DNA of 64,000 nucleotides. It comes from a virus. Taxonomy: Duplodnaviria > Heunggongvirae > Uroviricota > Caudoviricetes. A program made the position numbers and the translations under genes. This document shows positions 41,623 to 50,780 of the stretch, piece by piece; position 1 is the first letter of the stretch; each line of letters opens with the position of its first letter. The stretch lies in the IMG/VR virus record IMGVR_UViG_2687453508_000006. One strand, written 5' to 3'. The notes beneath the pieces are model-generated. The model was given only the letters and a program-made list of their open reading frames with translations. It had not been told where the DNA came from and made no database searches.

Positions 41623-43476
41623 TTATGATGATGCCGGTGCATTTATCTCCAGCACCAGACTTTCTATCTCAACGCCATACGCTGCATTTTTTGTAACATC
41701 CGTCAGCGTCAGCGCATTCAGTCCCAGTGTCAGACTGTCTTTTATAACCTGGAATGCCGGGCCAGCCACTCCATTCAGTTTCGGAGTAACCGTGGCACTG
41801 CCGGCGGTGAACACCAGCTCCAGCGTCTGCCAGTCGTTACCGTAATCGCCGAACTCCCCCAGCTTCGTGTTTCCGGCTTTCCTGTGATGCATCAGATTCA
41901 CTCTGCCGTCAGTGGTCTGAGTGAAGTACGACATCAGGAACGGATTACCGGTACCCGTCATCGCCACACCATCAGGAACGGGAGCATCCGTATACAGATA
42001 AATCCCCAGCCCGAACTGATTGTTGGTCAGTGCGCCTGACAGGCGGAACTTACAGTTCAGTCTGCCGCCCTGTGTCAGCAGGGTAATTGCGTCATCCACC
42101 GGATGCGTCAGGGACCAGGTTTTATTGCTCTGCCTGGTGATCTTAAATACACCATCTGACAACTGAATTCCGCCATCCTTAATGCTCCAGCCCTGCGCAG
42201 CAGCCTCTCCGGCTGCCGGCAGCAGGGAGATTGTGCGAACGGACGTATCTGCAGACGGACCCGATGGCGTGTTGCCGCCGGGCGAGGGTTTGATTTCCGG
42301 TGCCTTACCACTGATGAAGGCGGAGGTGCGCCCGGCTGCGTTCAGAATAGCGGTTGCCAGACGATCCGGAATAATGCTCCTGCGCGCCCATGAACTGAAA
42401 TGTGTCGGGCGGTTTGATGATACCTGGTTTCCATTCGTTCTCGATGCCGCACCGTAATATCCTGATGCCGGAATATCCGGATCTTCTGCCGGCGCGTTAG
42501 TGGCGGTATTGACGCCGTTACCGTCTGTCATGAAGGGCACAAAATAAACGCCCTCACTCTCCCTGTTTTTATACCCGCCGTACACGGTGTCGTATTGGGT
42601 AGCGTATGTATTTTTCCAGTAATACGTCGTGTCACCACAAATCCACGGCACATCTGCAGCGCTGCCACCATGGCACTGCGCGTTAAACACGGAGAGGTCA
42701 GCACGAAACTGTGTCAGCATGGCTGTAAACAGCGCAGGTTGCTGTGCGTGGGTGGCGGCGCTCATGTCAAACTCACCCTGCATCCAGCAGACGGCCAGCA
42801 GAACGTTTTTGGGATTTTTCTGCAATGCCGCTTTTGTGCGGGAAATCAGATCCTGATATAACGGCTTGCCCACCCCCCAGCGTGCCGAATCCTGACTGGC
42901 CCCCGTGGACTCGCTGAATGTCCCCTCCGCGCCCTGGGTAAATGCCGAACCACCACGACAGCATGGTACCAGCAGGATCCCCGCGTTATTCGGGATATAC
43001 GGGAGCAGTTTTTTGGCAATATGTAAACCCTGGCCGACACAGCCGTACTGCCCTTTGCTCAGGTCAGCCCTCGGATGATTCAGCGTACTCATATCCTGCA
43101 CATCATGCAGACAGTGGTCAGCCGGAATAATATCGTTATATCTGCAGGCAGCCCCGCCCGGCGTCACTGTACTGCGGCGCGCCAGCTGTTTAATGCGCGG
43201 ATCCGGAGCATCGTATGAATCCGGCAGCGGAAGCCCTTCACCGTAAGCCATGGCATTGGACTGCCCGGCCAGTACGATGACGTAGTACCAATCCGGCTCA
43301 GATGAAGGGCCGACCTGTGGCTCTCCTTCAATAGCCACCGCCTGCATCAGTGTGTACGGCGTAATGGCAACCGGTCCGCCGTATGGCTGCCAGCCCTCTT
43401 TCAGTTTGTGTGTCAGCTTTTCCGCAAGGTCTGACGGCGACGCCGCCCTGACAACATCATAATGTTTAAATGTCAT
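41623..43476 (-). CDS. nanS: prophage sialate O-acetylesterase NanS-p (DUF1737 + SASA-like esterase)
   Basis: 617 aa, N-terminus [37 protein letters not shown] typical of NanS-p upstream of S in Stx-type phages. Confidence 0.8.
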   Translation of the reverse strand: MTFKHYDVVRAASPSDLAEKLTHKLKEGWQPYGGPVAITPYTLMQAVAIEGEPQVGPSSEPDWYYVIVLAGQSNAMAYGEGLPLPDSYDAPDPRIKQLARRSTVTPGGAACRYNDIIPADHCLHDVQDMSTLNHPRADLSKGQYGCVGQGLHIAKKLLPYIPNNAGILLVPCCRGGSAFTQGAEGTFSESTGASQDSARWGVGKPLYQDLISRTKAALQKNPKNVLLAVCWMQGEFDMSAATHAQQPALFTAMLTQFRADLSVFNAQCHGGSAADVPWICGDTTYYWKNTYATQYDTVYGGYKNRESEGVYFVPFMTDGNGVNTATNAPAEDPDIPASGYYGAASRTNGNQVSSNRPTHFSSWARRSIIPDRLATAILNAAGRTSAFISGKAPEIKPSPGGNTPSGPSADTSVRTISLLPAAGEAAAQGWSIKDGGIQLSDGVFKITRQSNKTWSLTHPVDDAITLLTQGGRLNCKFRLSGALTNNQFGLGIYLYTDAPVPDGVAMTGTGNPFLMSYFTQTTDGRVNLMHHRKAGNTKLGEFGDYGNDWQTLELVFTAGSATVTPKLNGVAGPAFQVIKDSLTLGLNALTLTDVTKNAAYGVEIESLVLEINAPASS

Positions 43477-43628
43477 TATTCCTCCCGGCCGGGATAGTGT
43501 ATTAAATCAGATATGGAGTGGGCTGGCTGTAGTCCGGAAGCCTGAATGACACTCGGGGACTACAGCCCAAGAAATGAAAAAAGGCCACGCAGTTGCGCAG
43601 CCTGATAAACCCTGGTTAAAATCCACAC

Positions 43629-43690
43629 GATAACAACACAACAATATCAGTATCTCATGCTATTGCCCGAACCCATTCGGGCATTTTTTA
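43629..43690 (+). ncRNA. candidate small RNA convergent to the moron transcript
   Basis: Putative promoter TTGCGC(43593)-18 bp-TAAAAT(43617-43622); CA-rich ACAACACAACAA; plus-specific terminator GCCCGAA-ccca-TTCGGGC + ATTTTTTA (43665-43690); no plus-strand ORF. Confidence 0.25.
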
Positions 43691-43693
43691 CCC

Positions 43694-43719
43694 ATAAAAA
43701 AGCCCCTCCGGAGAGGGGC
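43694..43719 (-). terminator. rho-independent terminator ending the terB-moron transcript
   Basis: GC-rich hairpin GCCCCTC-cgga-GAGGGGC followed by T-run on minus strand. Confidence 0.5.
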
Positions 43720-43886
43720 ATGTTTGCATGCACATTCTTTTTCTTGCATGGTGCCGGGTGCCTCCCGGTGAATTCAGTATCAGCACCTGAATCCGCGATT
43801 ATCCCATATACCTGGTTGCTGATCGCCCCTCCGCACAGGGGGATTCACCATGCAGAAGTGTTTTTAATAAACAGCAAACAAAAAAA

Positions 43887-44054
43887 TCAAGCATTATGCA
43901 GGCTGTTTCTTTTTATCACCGGCCACAGCAATACCACAATGCCGCAGACCAGCACCCCATCCGCCAGCACCGACATGATTCTGCTGGTGAAATCCACCAT
44001 CACCACCAGAAACAGCAGGAGTGCAGCCACAGCCAGGCGCAGTTTTACCGTCAC
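43887..44054 (-). CDS. small two-TM membrane protein, possibly coupled to the TerB-like gene
   Basis: 55-codon ORF; GTG start overlaps terB-like stop (GTGA); hydrophobic LRLAVAALLLFLVVMV and VLADGVLVCGIVVLLWPVI. Confidence 0.3.
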   Translation of the reverse strand: MTVKLRLAVAALLLFLVVMVDFTSRIMSVLADGVLVCGIVVLLWPVIKRNSLHNA

Positions 44055-44482
44055 AGGTGATTCTCCAGACGAAGACCCAGAACACCGGCAATCTCTTCCA
44101 GCACCTTGCGCTCTTCCGGCTCAATTTCGCCGTCTGCCTCCGCAATGGCCACCGCCACATCCAGCACATCTTCCGCTTCACGCGTATCGTGTTTCACATC
44201 CTCAATCTCGCGTAACGCGGCACGACGACCAATTTTAAAATTGGTATCCAGCTGACCGATAATAGTTGCGCTAATCGCATTAATTTCCGAGGTAAACGCA
44301 GACAACGCAGGCTGATTACGTAAGACCTGTTCGATCTTCGCTTTCTCGGATGCCTCGCATTCACCATCTGCATAGGCCACCAGGTATGCAGCGTTAATCA
44401 CCGCCTGTGCCAGATCGCGTTTCTCAAACTTTTTAATTTCCGCTGCCGCTCTGCGGGTTTTCTTTTTGAAGATTCCAAACAT
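44051..44482 (-). CDS. TerB-like (tellurite-resistance TerB family) protein, moron at the stx-equivalent position
   Basis: Start MFGIFKKKTRRAAAEIKKFEKRDLAQAVINAAYLVAYADGECEASEKAKIEQVL at 44482; acidic C-terminal repeat; RBS AAAGGAAC. Confidence 0.5.
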   Translation of the reverse strand: MFGIFKKKTRRAAAEIKKFEKRDLAQAVINAAYLVAYADGECEASEKAKIEQVLRNQPALSAFTSEINAISATIIGQLDTNFKIGRRAALREIEDVKHDTREAEDVLDVAVAIAEADGEIEPEERKVLEEIAGVLGLRLENHL

Positions 44483-44612
44483 CGTGACGTTCCTTTGGGT
44501 GGGTGAGCCAACGCCCGGGAGCGATCTGCCCACAGAGAAAGTCACACTGACCACTCCGTAAGCTCACCCCCGAAAGGCTCTGTGGTTGATATGCGCCGGG
44601 CGTGGCGCAGAT

Positions 44613-44638
44613 ACAAAAAAGGCCCGCCGAAGCGAGCC
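44613..44638 (-). terminator. possible terminator after tRNA-Arg
   Basis: Imperfect hairpin GGCTCG-cttcgg-CGGGCC followed by TTTTTTG on minus strand. Confidence 0.35.
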
Positions 44639-44651
44639 TGGAAAATAAGTG

Positions 44652-44728
44652 TGGCGCGTTGTAGTGGAGTCGAACCACTGACCGATTGCTTAGAAGGCAA
44701 TTGCTCTGTCCGGCTGAGCTAACAACGC
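44652..44728 (-). tRNA. tRNA-Arg (anticodon UCU)
   Basis: 77-nt cloverleaf GCGTTGTTAGCTCAGCCGGACAGAGCAATTGCCTTCTAAGCAATCGGTCAGTGGTTCGACTCCACTACAACGCGCCA; anticodon loop CTTCTAA; encoded CCA. Confidence 0.85.
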
Positions 44729-44828
44729 AGAATACCGATAATGGACCGCCATCGGGGACCCGCCCCCGCACCAACAACCCTGTTATGGTGTCGTCTGCTC
44801 TTCCTGATAAGCTAATGGCGGTTTGTGA

Positions 44829-44904
44829 TGGTGGCCCTTGCTGGATTTGAACCAGCGACCTGGCGATTATGAGTCGCTCGCTCTCACCACTGAGCTAAAG
44901 GGCC
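44829..44904 (-). tRNA. tRNA with CAU anticodon, ileX/ileZ-like (Ile2; Met not excluded)
   Basis: 76-nt GGCCCTTTAGCTCAGTGGTGAGAGCGAGCGACTCATAATCGCCAGGTCGCTGGTTCAAATCCAGCAAGGGCCACCA; anticodon loop CTCATAA. Confidence 0.85.
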
Positions 44905-44942
44905 GGGAGCAGAATAATAACGGTCCGTAATTAATTCCGCAA

Positions 44943-44965
44943 TAAAAAACCCGCTCAATGGCGGG
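44943..44965 (-). terminator. tR'-like terminator downstream of the Q-like gene
   Basis: Hairpin CCCGC-cattga-GCGGG followed by T6 on minus strand, ~80 nt after the stop at 45044. Confidence 0.5.
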
Positions 44966-45043
44966 TTCTGGTAAAGTTCATGCGTTTGGTTCGCCTCGCG
45001 ATACAGCTTTGCGAAGCTTACCGGAATTGAAGCAGTTTTTACG

Positions 45044-45598
45044 TCAAAAAGCAATAACTTTTTTCTCTATACCAAAAGCCATAACCATTGGTTTGTACAA
45101 AATAAATTCTGCCACCTTTAGCCAATGCTCAATGCGTCTTTCACAGGTTCTTAAACTCCATTCCGGATGTGCATCATTCAGCAGTTCAGCCATTTTGCGC
45201 TTAGTCATCCCCCGCCCCACATAACGCTGACTCAGAACATTGAGCAGCCCGGGATAACCTGCCAGTACTTCACCAATAACCCTGTCGATTATTAACGCCT
45301 CTGAATCGGTACAATGCACCAGCCAGCTTTTTTGCTTGCCGTTGATCATATCCCGCAAAAAAGCCTCAAGTTTAGGTTTGTCCAGACCTGCTTTTTTCAT
45401 CCTCCGGAGCGCCTCGTTAATTGCCGTTTTTGTCAGCTTTTTAGAGGTCAGCAACTGGTTGAACATATTTCCCGTCTTACCGCCGCCAATATACGACCAG
45501 CGCCCCCACATACGTAGTTTCCCCTGAATCCAGACACTTTCCAGCGTGGTGAGACGAAGGTGCTCTCCGCTTTTTCCTGTGTTCGTTGGGTAAATCAT
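45044..45598 (-). CDS. putative late-gene antiterminator (Q-like)
   Basis: 184 aa from MIYPTNTGKSG...; last nin-type gene before terminator, tRNAs and lysis cassette; start overlaps ybcO stop; family not recognised with certainty. Confidence 0.45.
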   Translation of the reverse strand: MIYPTNTGKSGEHLRLTTLESVWIQGKLRMWGRWSYIGGGKTGNMFNQLLTSKKLTKTAINEALRRMKKAGLDKPKLEAFLRDMINGKQKSWLVHCTDSEALIIDRVIGEVLAGYPGLLNVLSQRYVGRGMTKRKMAELLNDAHPEWSLRTCERRIEHWLKVAEFILYKPMVMAFGIEKKVIAF

Positions 45599-45885
45599 AA
45601 ATAACCGTCCTTTCTCCAGATCTCTTGTGTGCGAAAAACACCTTCTGCATGCATCAGGCGCAATTCTTCTTTGGTGTAATCGCTGGTTTTTACTCTCCCG
45701 TCGATTAAATCGTGGCATGAGTTACAGGCAATCGCTGCCTGCATATCGTGTGGCTTTATCGCTGTTCCGCACGTTCCCGCCAGCCTGTAATGCGCCAGCA
45801 CAGAGGTTTCGGGATTGTGATTGCAGTAGCCAGGGATTCTGATCTGGCATATCTGGCCTTTAGCCGCTTTACGTAAATTCACCAT
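45595..45885 (-). CDS. ybcO: YbcO-like protein (DUF1364, Cys-rich putative nuclease)
   Basis: 96 aa MVNLRKAAKGQICQIRIPGYCNHNPETSVLAHYRLAGTCGTAIKPHDMQAAIACNSCHD... Confidence 0.7.
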   Translation of the reverse strand: MVNLRKAAKGQICQIRIPGYCNHNPETSVLAHYRLAGTCGTAIKPHDMQAAIACNSCHDLIDGRVKTSDYTKEELRLMHAEGVFRTQEIWRKDGYL

Positions 45886-46484
45886 TACGCAAACTCCAGT
45901 AGTTGTGCGGCCACATTTTCAACTTCCTCCTGAGAGGAGAATTTACGGAACAGAATCCAGTTCCACAGCACATTCAGTACAGATTTATAAACCTGCTGAA
46001 ACTCGACTTCGTCCATATTCGCAAAAGCGATGGATTTTGCCCGACGCCCACGGCTACCGTCCGGATAAATATGCTCGGTGTAAAATCCGGCCTGAATGGT
46101 TACCCACTCGCGGAAAGCCTCAAACGACTTTAGCAACGCCGTATCCCGGGTTCTACGAGTCGCAACGGTGTTAAGGTATTGCTCTGCGGCATCACTCAGG
46201 GCTGGCGTGTGTTCCCGACCAACTGATTCGCACAGGTAATCAACGAAACCAGACAGCAGTTCTCGTTCGCGAGGCGTGATCGCCCCACCGACCGGAGTCC
46301 AGTAATCGAATCCCAGTTGCAGGAGTTTGAAAAAACGCTTGTGGAATGCGTAGTTACGCACACGCTTAAAATCTGCGTGTATCCACTCACCTATTTTGAT
46401 TTGATGCAGAAAATCGCAACTCTCCGGCGTCGCCGGGAGAAGTAAACCAGAAGAAGTTTGTTTGACCAGTTGTATATGCGCCAT
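45885..46484 (-). CDS. nin-region protein (DUF1367-like)
   Basis: 199-aa ORF upstream of ybcO-like gene, typical nin-region position. Confidence 0.5.
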   Translation of the reverse strand: MAHIQLVKQTSSGLLLPATPESCDFLHQIKIGEWIHADFKRVRNYAFHKRFFKLLQLGFDYWTPVGGAITPRERELLSGFVDYLCESVGREHTPALSDAAEQYLNTVATRRTRDTALLKSFEAFREWVTIQAGFYTEHIYPDGSRGRRAKSIAFANMDEVEFQQVYKSVLNVLWNWILFRKFSSQEEVENVAAQLLEFA

Positions 46485-46903
46485 TTCTCAATCTCTCGAT
46501 GGCGCAGTGCAGCAGATGCCAGTTGTTCAAGCTAGCACGCAAATTGTAAACCAGAATGCCAGGAAAAAACAAAACCCGCCGAAGCTGGTTGTGTGCGGTT
46601 GCGTTGAAGTCTCCTAGCCAAAGAGTAGCGGTGACCACTCCCCGCCGATAATCTTAGTTGTTTAATTTCGTAAGCTAACTAGGCTAAAAGCTCTCTGTTG
46701 TCTGCCTGTTGTACAATTAACAAAATGAACAACGAACTAGATATACCAACGCCAGAATGGTGCAACAAATCCCAAACAACACAGCAATGCAACAATAACA
46801 TATGTTATTTTCCTCTCACGGGATTCAGTCCTGAATTCTCATAAAGCTAATCTTTTTTTAAAAACATACTGTTAGATCACATGCACTTTCTTTCTTAACA
46901 TCG

Positions 46904-46931
46904 TTGACTTCGCATGCGAAGCGTTTAAAAT
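46904..46931 (+). promoter_or_regulatory. promoter of the GHKL operon with palindromic operator-like site in the spacer
   Basis: TTGACT(46904-46909)-16 bp-TAAAAT(46926-46931); perfect 14-bp palindrome CTTCGCATGCGAAG at 46908-46921; RBS AGAGAG before ATG 46984. Confidence 0.4.
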
Positions 46932-46983
46932 CAACAATTTGCACTTAAGGTATTTATTTTCCCAAACACATAGAGAGTAAATT

Positions 46984-48375
46984 ATGACTGAGAACACGAC
47001 TCCAACAGCAGACTTTAGTCCTAGTAAAAGATTTTTTGTAAGTATGCTAACTCGAGATATCGACTTAAACGATGCCATACTTGATCTGCTTGATAACTGC
47101 GTCGATGGGGCTTTACGTACAATAAAAGACACAAAAAAAACTTCAAAACCATATGAAGGATTTTATGCGAAACTTACGATTAATAAAGATGTCTTTATTA
47201 TAGAAGACAATTGCGGAGGTATCCCTAAAAGCTTCCGAGAATATGCTTTTAAAATGGGACGACCCCATCAAAAAGAAGAAGAAAATGAAGGCACCGTTGG
47301 CGTCTATGGTATTGGTATGAAAAGAGCCATTTTTAAAATGGGTAGAGATTGCTCAATACAATCGAATAATCCCGATGGCGCATTCACTGTAGATATAACA
47401 CCTGATTGGATCGATGGTGATGGTTGGAAAATACCGATGCACGAGAGTGACTATGATAACAAAAATCCAACAGGCACAACTATAGAGATAAAAAAACTCC
47501 ATTCTAATGTGGCACAAAAATTTAATGAGAGCACATATCTTACTGATCTCTTTTTACAGATAAAACACTCATTGTCATTTATTATTCAAAAAGGATTTAA
47601 AATAGAATTAAATGGAGTTGTTGTTGAACATAATCCGATTAACATCATAACTGATCATTCTAAAATAGAACCATACATATATAAAGCTAAAATAGACGAT
47701 GTTGATATCGATTTAGTTGTTGGCTTCTATAAAAATTTAGAAGATGACAATGATGATGTTTTAGAAAAAAGGAGTTCTGATGATGCTGGATGGACTGTCA
47801 TTTGCAATGACCGCGTTGTTCTATATTGTGATAAGACACATCTCACAGGTTGGGGCTTTGCTAATGTACCAAGGTTTCATACCCAATTTATAGCAATTTC
47901 TGGGGTTGTTCGCTTTACCAGTAAAAACCCAGAAAAATTACCAATAACAACAACGAAACGAGGTGTCGATCTTAGTTCTACATTGTACAATGATGTACGA
48001 AATAAAATGATTGAAGGGATGATGCATTTTATTCGATTCACCAATCAGTGGAAAGGTGAGCATCTTGAAGAAGGGAAAAAATTACTTAAGTCAGCTCAGT
48101 CACATGAAGCTCAATCTTTATTTGAAATTACCCCACAATCAACTCCAGAAGATAAAAAAAATAACTGGTCCAACCCTAATAGAAACAAAAATGAGTGGCG
48201 ATATACACCTAAGCTGCCTACCCCAGTAAAAAAAAGCTCTACTGTACGAATAATCTTCACCAGAGAGAAAGAAGATGTTAAAATTTTATCTAAATATTTC
48301 TTTGGACATGAAGATGCTAGCGCTTCTGATGTGGGGATGCAATGCTTTGATACGGTGATTGAAGAGGTGAAGTGA
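46984..48375 (+). CDS. GHKL/Bergerat-fold ATPase (MutL/MORC/histidine-kinase-like) with ~330-aa uncharacterised C-terminal region
   Basis: 463 aa; N-box LDLLDNCVDGA (res 33-42), G1 box IEDNCGGIP (73-81), G2 box GVYGIGMKRA (106-115); AT-rich codon usage. Confidence 0.8.
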   Translation: MTENTTPTADFSPSKRFFVSMLTRDIDLNDAILDLLDNCVDGALRTIKDTKKTSKPYEGFYAKLTINKDVFIIEDNCGGIPKSFREYAFKMGRPHQKEEENEGTVGVYGIGMKRAIFKMGRDCSIQSNNPDGAFTVDITPDWIDGDGWKIPMHESDYDNKNPTGTTIEIKKLHSNVAQKFNESTYLTDLFLQIKHSLSFIIQKGFKIELNGVVVEHNPINIITDHSKIEPYIYKAKIDDVDIDLVVGFYKNLEDDNDDVLEKRSSDDAGWTVICNDRVVLYCDKTHLTGWGFANVPRFHTQFIAISGVVRFTSKNPEKLPITTTKRGVDLSSTLYNDVRNKMIEGMMHFIRFTNQWKGEHLEEGKKLLKSAQSHEAQSLFEITPQSTPEDKKNNWSNPNRNKNEWRYTPKLPTPVKKSSTVRIIFTREKEDVKILSKYFFGHEDASASDVGMQCFDTVIEEVK

Positions 48376-49364
48376 TGTCTGGACAATACATTCCCTATCA
48401 CTTAAGGCATAATAAGTCTATTGATAGAGAGATTTTTCTCGAAAGCCTAAACCTCTTAAGCAAAAGACTAAATATTCAAGAATATACATATATAGGTTTT
48501 GGTGGTCCGATGCTTGAAGATTTTAGAATCATGCATAATCGTATCGCTCTTTCTGATATGATTTCTCTCGAAGAACAAGAGTCTACTCACATCAGACAAA
48601 AATATAATTTGCCTTATAATTGTATTGATTGTAAGCTAATATCAGCTCATGACTTTATTCTTGATTATAGTTTTTCTAAACCATCAATAACATGGTTAGA
48701 CTATGCCTCCCCGAAAAAAATACAAACGGATCTAGATGATATACACTTACTAAGTACTAAAGTAAGCTCTTTTGATATTTTGAAGGTCACCTTCCCCATA
48801 AATCCTAGTTCTTATTACCAACGTAGAGTTGGAGAAAGTTTAGATATTTTTAAAGAAGCTTTTATTAATTCATTAAAATCATTGCTTGGGAAAAAGTATC
48901 TTGATTTTAATCTTCAGATATCAAATGCAGATCTTTCAGATCGTAAGATTAAAGCTCTTTTAATACGAATTATTACAAACGCTTTTAGATCAGCAATAGA
49001 ACGTGGTCTTTCAGGACGTAAGGATAAGATTCAGTATTACCCATTATCCTTAAATCAATATAATGATGGCAGTCATACCATGTTGACAATATCAGGTTTT
49101 TTCTCCTCAGAACAAGAATATATAGAGTTATCTAAGGCATGCGACCTTTCTAACTGGCAATTTTATTCAACAAATTGGGAAGACGTGCAAGAAATAGCAA
49201 TACCAACACTAACAATTAAAGAAAAGATAAATTTAGATAGTAAACTGCCTGATAAAGAAGCATATCAGGCAGCCGCTGAAGAGTTCTCTTTAAACGAAAA
49301 TGAACGGGATAACTATTATAAATACTATAGGTTATACCCTAACTTCCAAAGAATTATGGTTTAA
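48375..49364 (+). CDS. uncharacterised partner protein, translationally coupled to the GHKL ATPase
   Basis: ATG overlaps upstream TGA (TGATG); 329-aa acidic protein MSGQYIPYHLRHNKSIDREIF...; no family recognised by eye. Confidence 0.65.
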   Translation: MSGQYIPYHLRHNKSIDREIFLESLNLLSKRLNIQEYTYIGFGGPMLEDFRIMHNRIALSDMISLEEQESTHIRQKYNLPYNCIDCKLISAHDFILDYSFSKPSITWLDYASPKKIQTDLDDIHLLSTKVSSFDILKVTFPINPSSYYQRRVGESLDIFKEAFINSLKSLLGKKYLDFNLQISNADLSDRKIKALLIRIITNAFRSAIERGLSGRKDKIQYYPLSLNQYNDGSHTMLTISGFFSSEQEYIELSKACDLSNWQFYSTNWEDVQEIAIPTLTIKEKINLDSKLPDKEAYQAAAEEFSLNENERDNYYKYYRLYPNFQRIMV

Positions 49365-50483
49365 ATATTCGGGCTGTACTCTTTTATTTAATAAATTGTA
49401 CAGCCCCTTTAATATATATTCAGCAACTATTGGTGACACGCTATTTCCTATTTGTCTGAAACTATGCCATTTAGTTACATGAAAGCGAAACCAATCAGGG
49501 AAGCCTTGTAATCTAGCAGCTTCTCTTGGTGTAATCACTCTTGGATGATAAGGGTGGATCGGCCTGACGGCTTGAAAGCTTCCTTTATCTCTAGCGGTTC
49601 CCGCCCTTAAAGTCGGGCAAAAACCATTTGGATCTAATCTTGTAGATCTTGAAATTTTATCAGTTTCCCCAAAAGATAAGGAAGCATAACGCTCTTGGAC
49701 GATTTTGCTATGTAATGTTCCGGTACATCCAGATATGATATTATTTTTTAACTTAGCGATCGATTCTGTATCACCAACATTCCGAGGGATCTGCCCCCAT
49801 AATTTTTCATAAAATCCCCCTTTTCGATCTTTTTTAATTGTTCGCCAACTCTCAGAGTCTGATTGCCAATTGGCATCGATAATATCTGGTAATCCATACA
49901 AAGCATCTTTTACAGTAACCGGATCAATCATTTTAGGCATAAATACTTCATCTGAAATATCAAGCTTCAATGATTTTTTTACACCGATAAAAAAATATCT
50001 AGTTCGAATAGTTGGAGCACCATAATCAGATGCTTTTACCTTGATGGGATCAAGAATATCATAATCACCGCTAACCAAATTAAATGCTTTATTTCTAATG
50101 CCAGAATATTTCTCTTGCATAATACCTGGAACATTTTCTGCCAAAAAGAATAATGGCTGTAATTCTGATACTAAACGGTAGAAATGCATGTAAAGCTGAT
50201 TCCTGCTATCATCAGGATTCCCCTTGCCTATTGAACTAAATCCTTGGCACGGAGGACCGCCAATAATACCATCTATGGGCATATCGTTTTTAAAAAAACC
50301 CTTAATTATTTCTGCATTTAGTAAAGAAACATCTTCTTGGACGTGCAAACTTCTTGGAAAATTAATTGCGTGAGTATTAATAGCATGTTGATCAATTTCA
50401 ACTGCCATTTTAACATCAAATCCAGCACGTGCAGCACCAAGACTTAGACCTCCAACGCCAGAAAACAAATCTATTACATTCAT
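49332..50483 (-). CDS. DNA (cytosine-5)-methyltransferase (Dcm family)
   Basis: 383 aa; motif I DLFSGVGG, motif IV GGPPCQGFS, motif VI ENV, motif X QIGNSV; convergent with and overlapping the partner gene 3' end by 33 bp. Confidence 0.9.
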   Translation of the reverse strand: MNVIDLFSGVGGLSLGAARAGFDVKMAVEIDQHAINTHAINFPRSLHVQEDVSLLNAEIIKGFFKNDMPIDGIIGGPPCQGFSSIGKGNPDDSRNQLYMHFYRLVSELQPLFFLAENVPGIMQEKYSGIRNKAFNLVSGDYDILDPIKVKASDYGAPTIRTRYFFIGVKKSLKLDISDEVFMPKMIDPVTVKDALYGLPDIIDANWQSDSESWRTIKKDRKGGFYEKLWGQIPRNVGDTESIAKLKNNIISGCTGTLHSKIVQERYASLSFGETDKISRSTRLDPNGFCPTLRAGTARDKGSFQAVRPIHPYHPRVITPREAARLQGFPDWFRFHVTKWHSFRQIGNSVSPIVAEYILKGLYNLLNKRVQPEYLNHNSLEVRV

Positions 50484-50744
50484 ATAGTTGCAACGTCTCT
50501 TATTAGTTTCTATGTATTATAACACAACTGTTCTTGATGTTTTAACCCCATAAGATAACCTCATAAAGGCTATCCCTTGAAAATACCGGATCGCATAAAT
50601 TTAATCTTTCAAAACTACTTGTCTATTAATCGAGCAATTTAAGGTTGTTTTAGTCATGTCGATACCGACATAGTTAACTAAACCCATTTCATCGTCCAAC
50701 AAATGGGGGTAATACACTTTGATTTATAGTCGGGTGGGTTTTTC

Positions 50745-50780
50745 TCTATCTGCCTTTGGTGTTCATGCCCAAGGCAGATA
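50745..50780. repeat. perfect 11-bp inverted repeat hairpin at the right edge of the low-GC island
   Basis: CTATCTGCCTT-(14 nt)-AAGGCAGATAG; no flanking U-run. Confidence 0.4.

Noticed and set aside
44051-44554. Shiga toxin genes at the Q-tRNA-nanS moron slot
   Set aside because: The ORF here is an acidic TerB-like protein; no A-subunit N-glycosidase or B-subunit-sized secreted ORF pair is present.
44729-44828. Possible third tRNA between tRNA-Arg and tRNA-Ile (Stx phages often carry three)
   Set aside because: No T-arm (GTTCGAATC-like) or acceptor-stem pairing found on either strand.
44966-45047. Exact late promoter PR' elements
   Set aside because: A -35-like TTGACG overlaps the Q-like stop but no convincing -10 at 16-18 bp; left as an expected but unresolved promoter.
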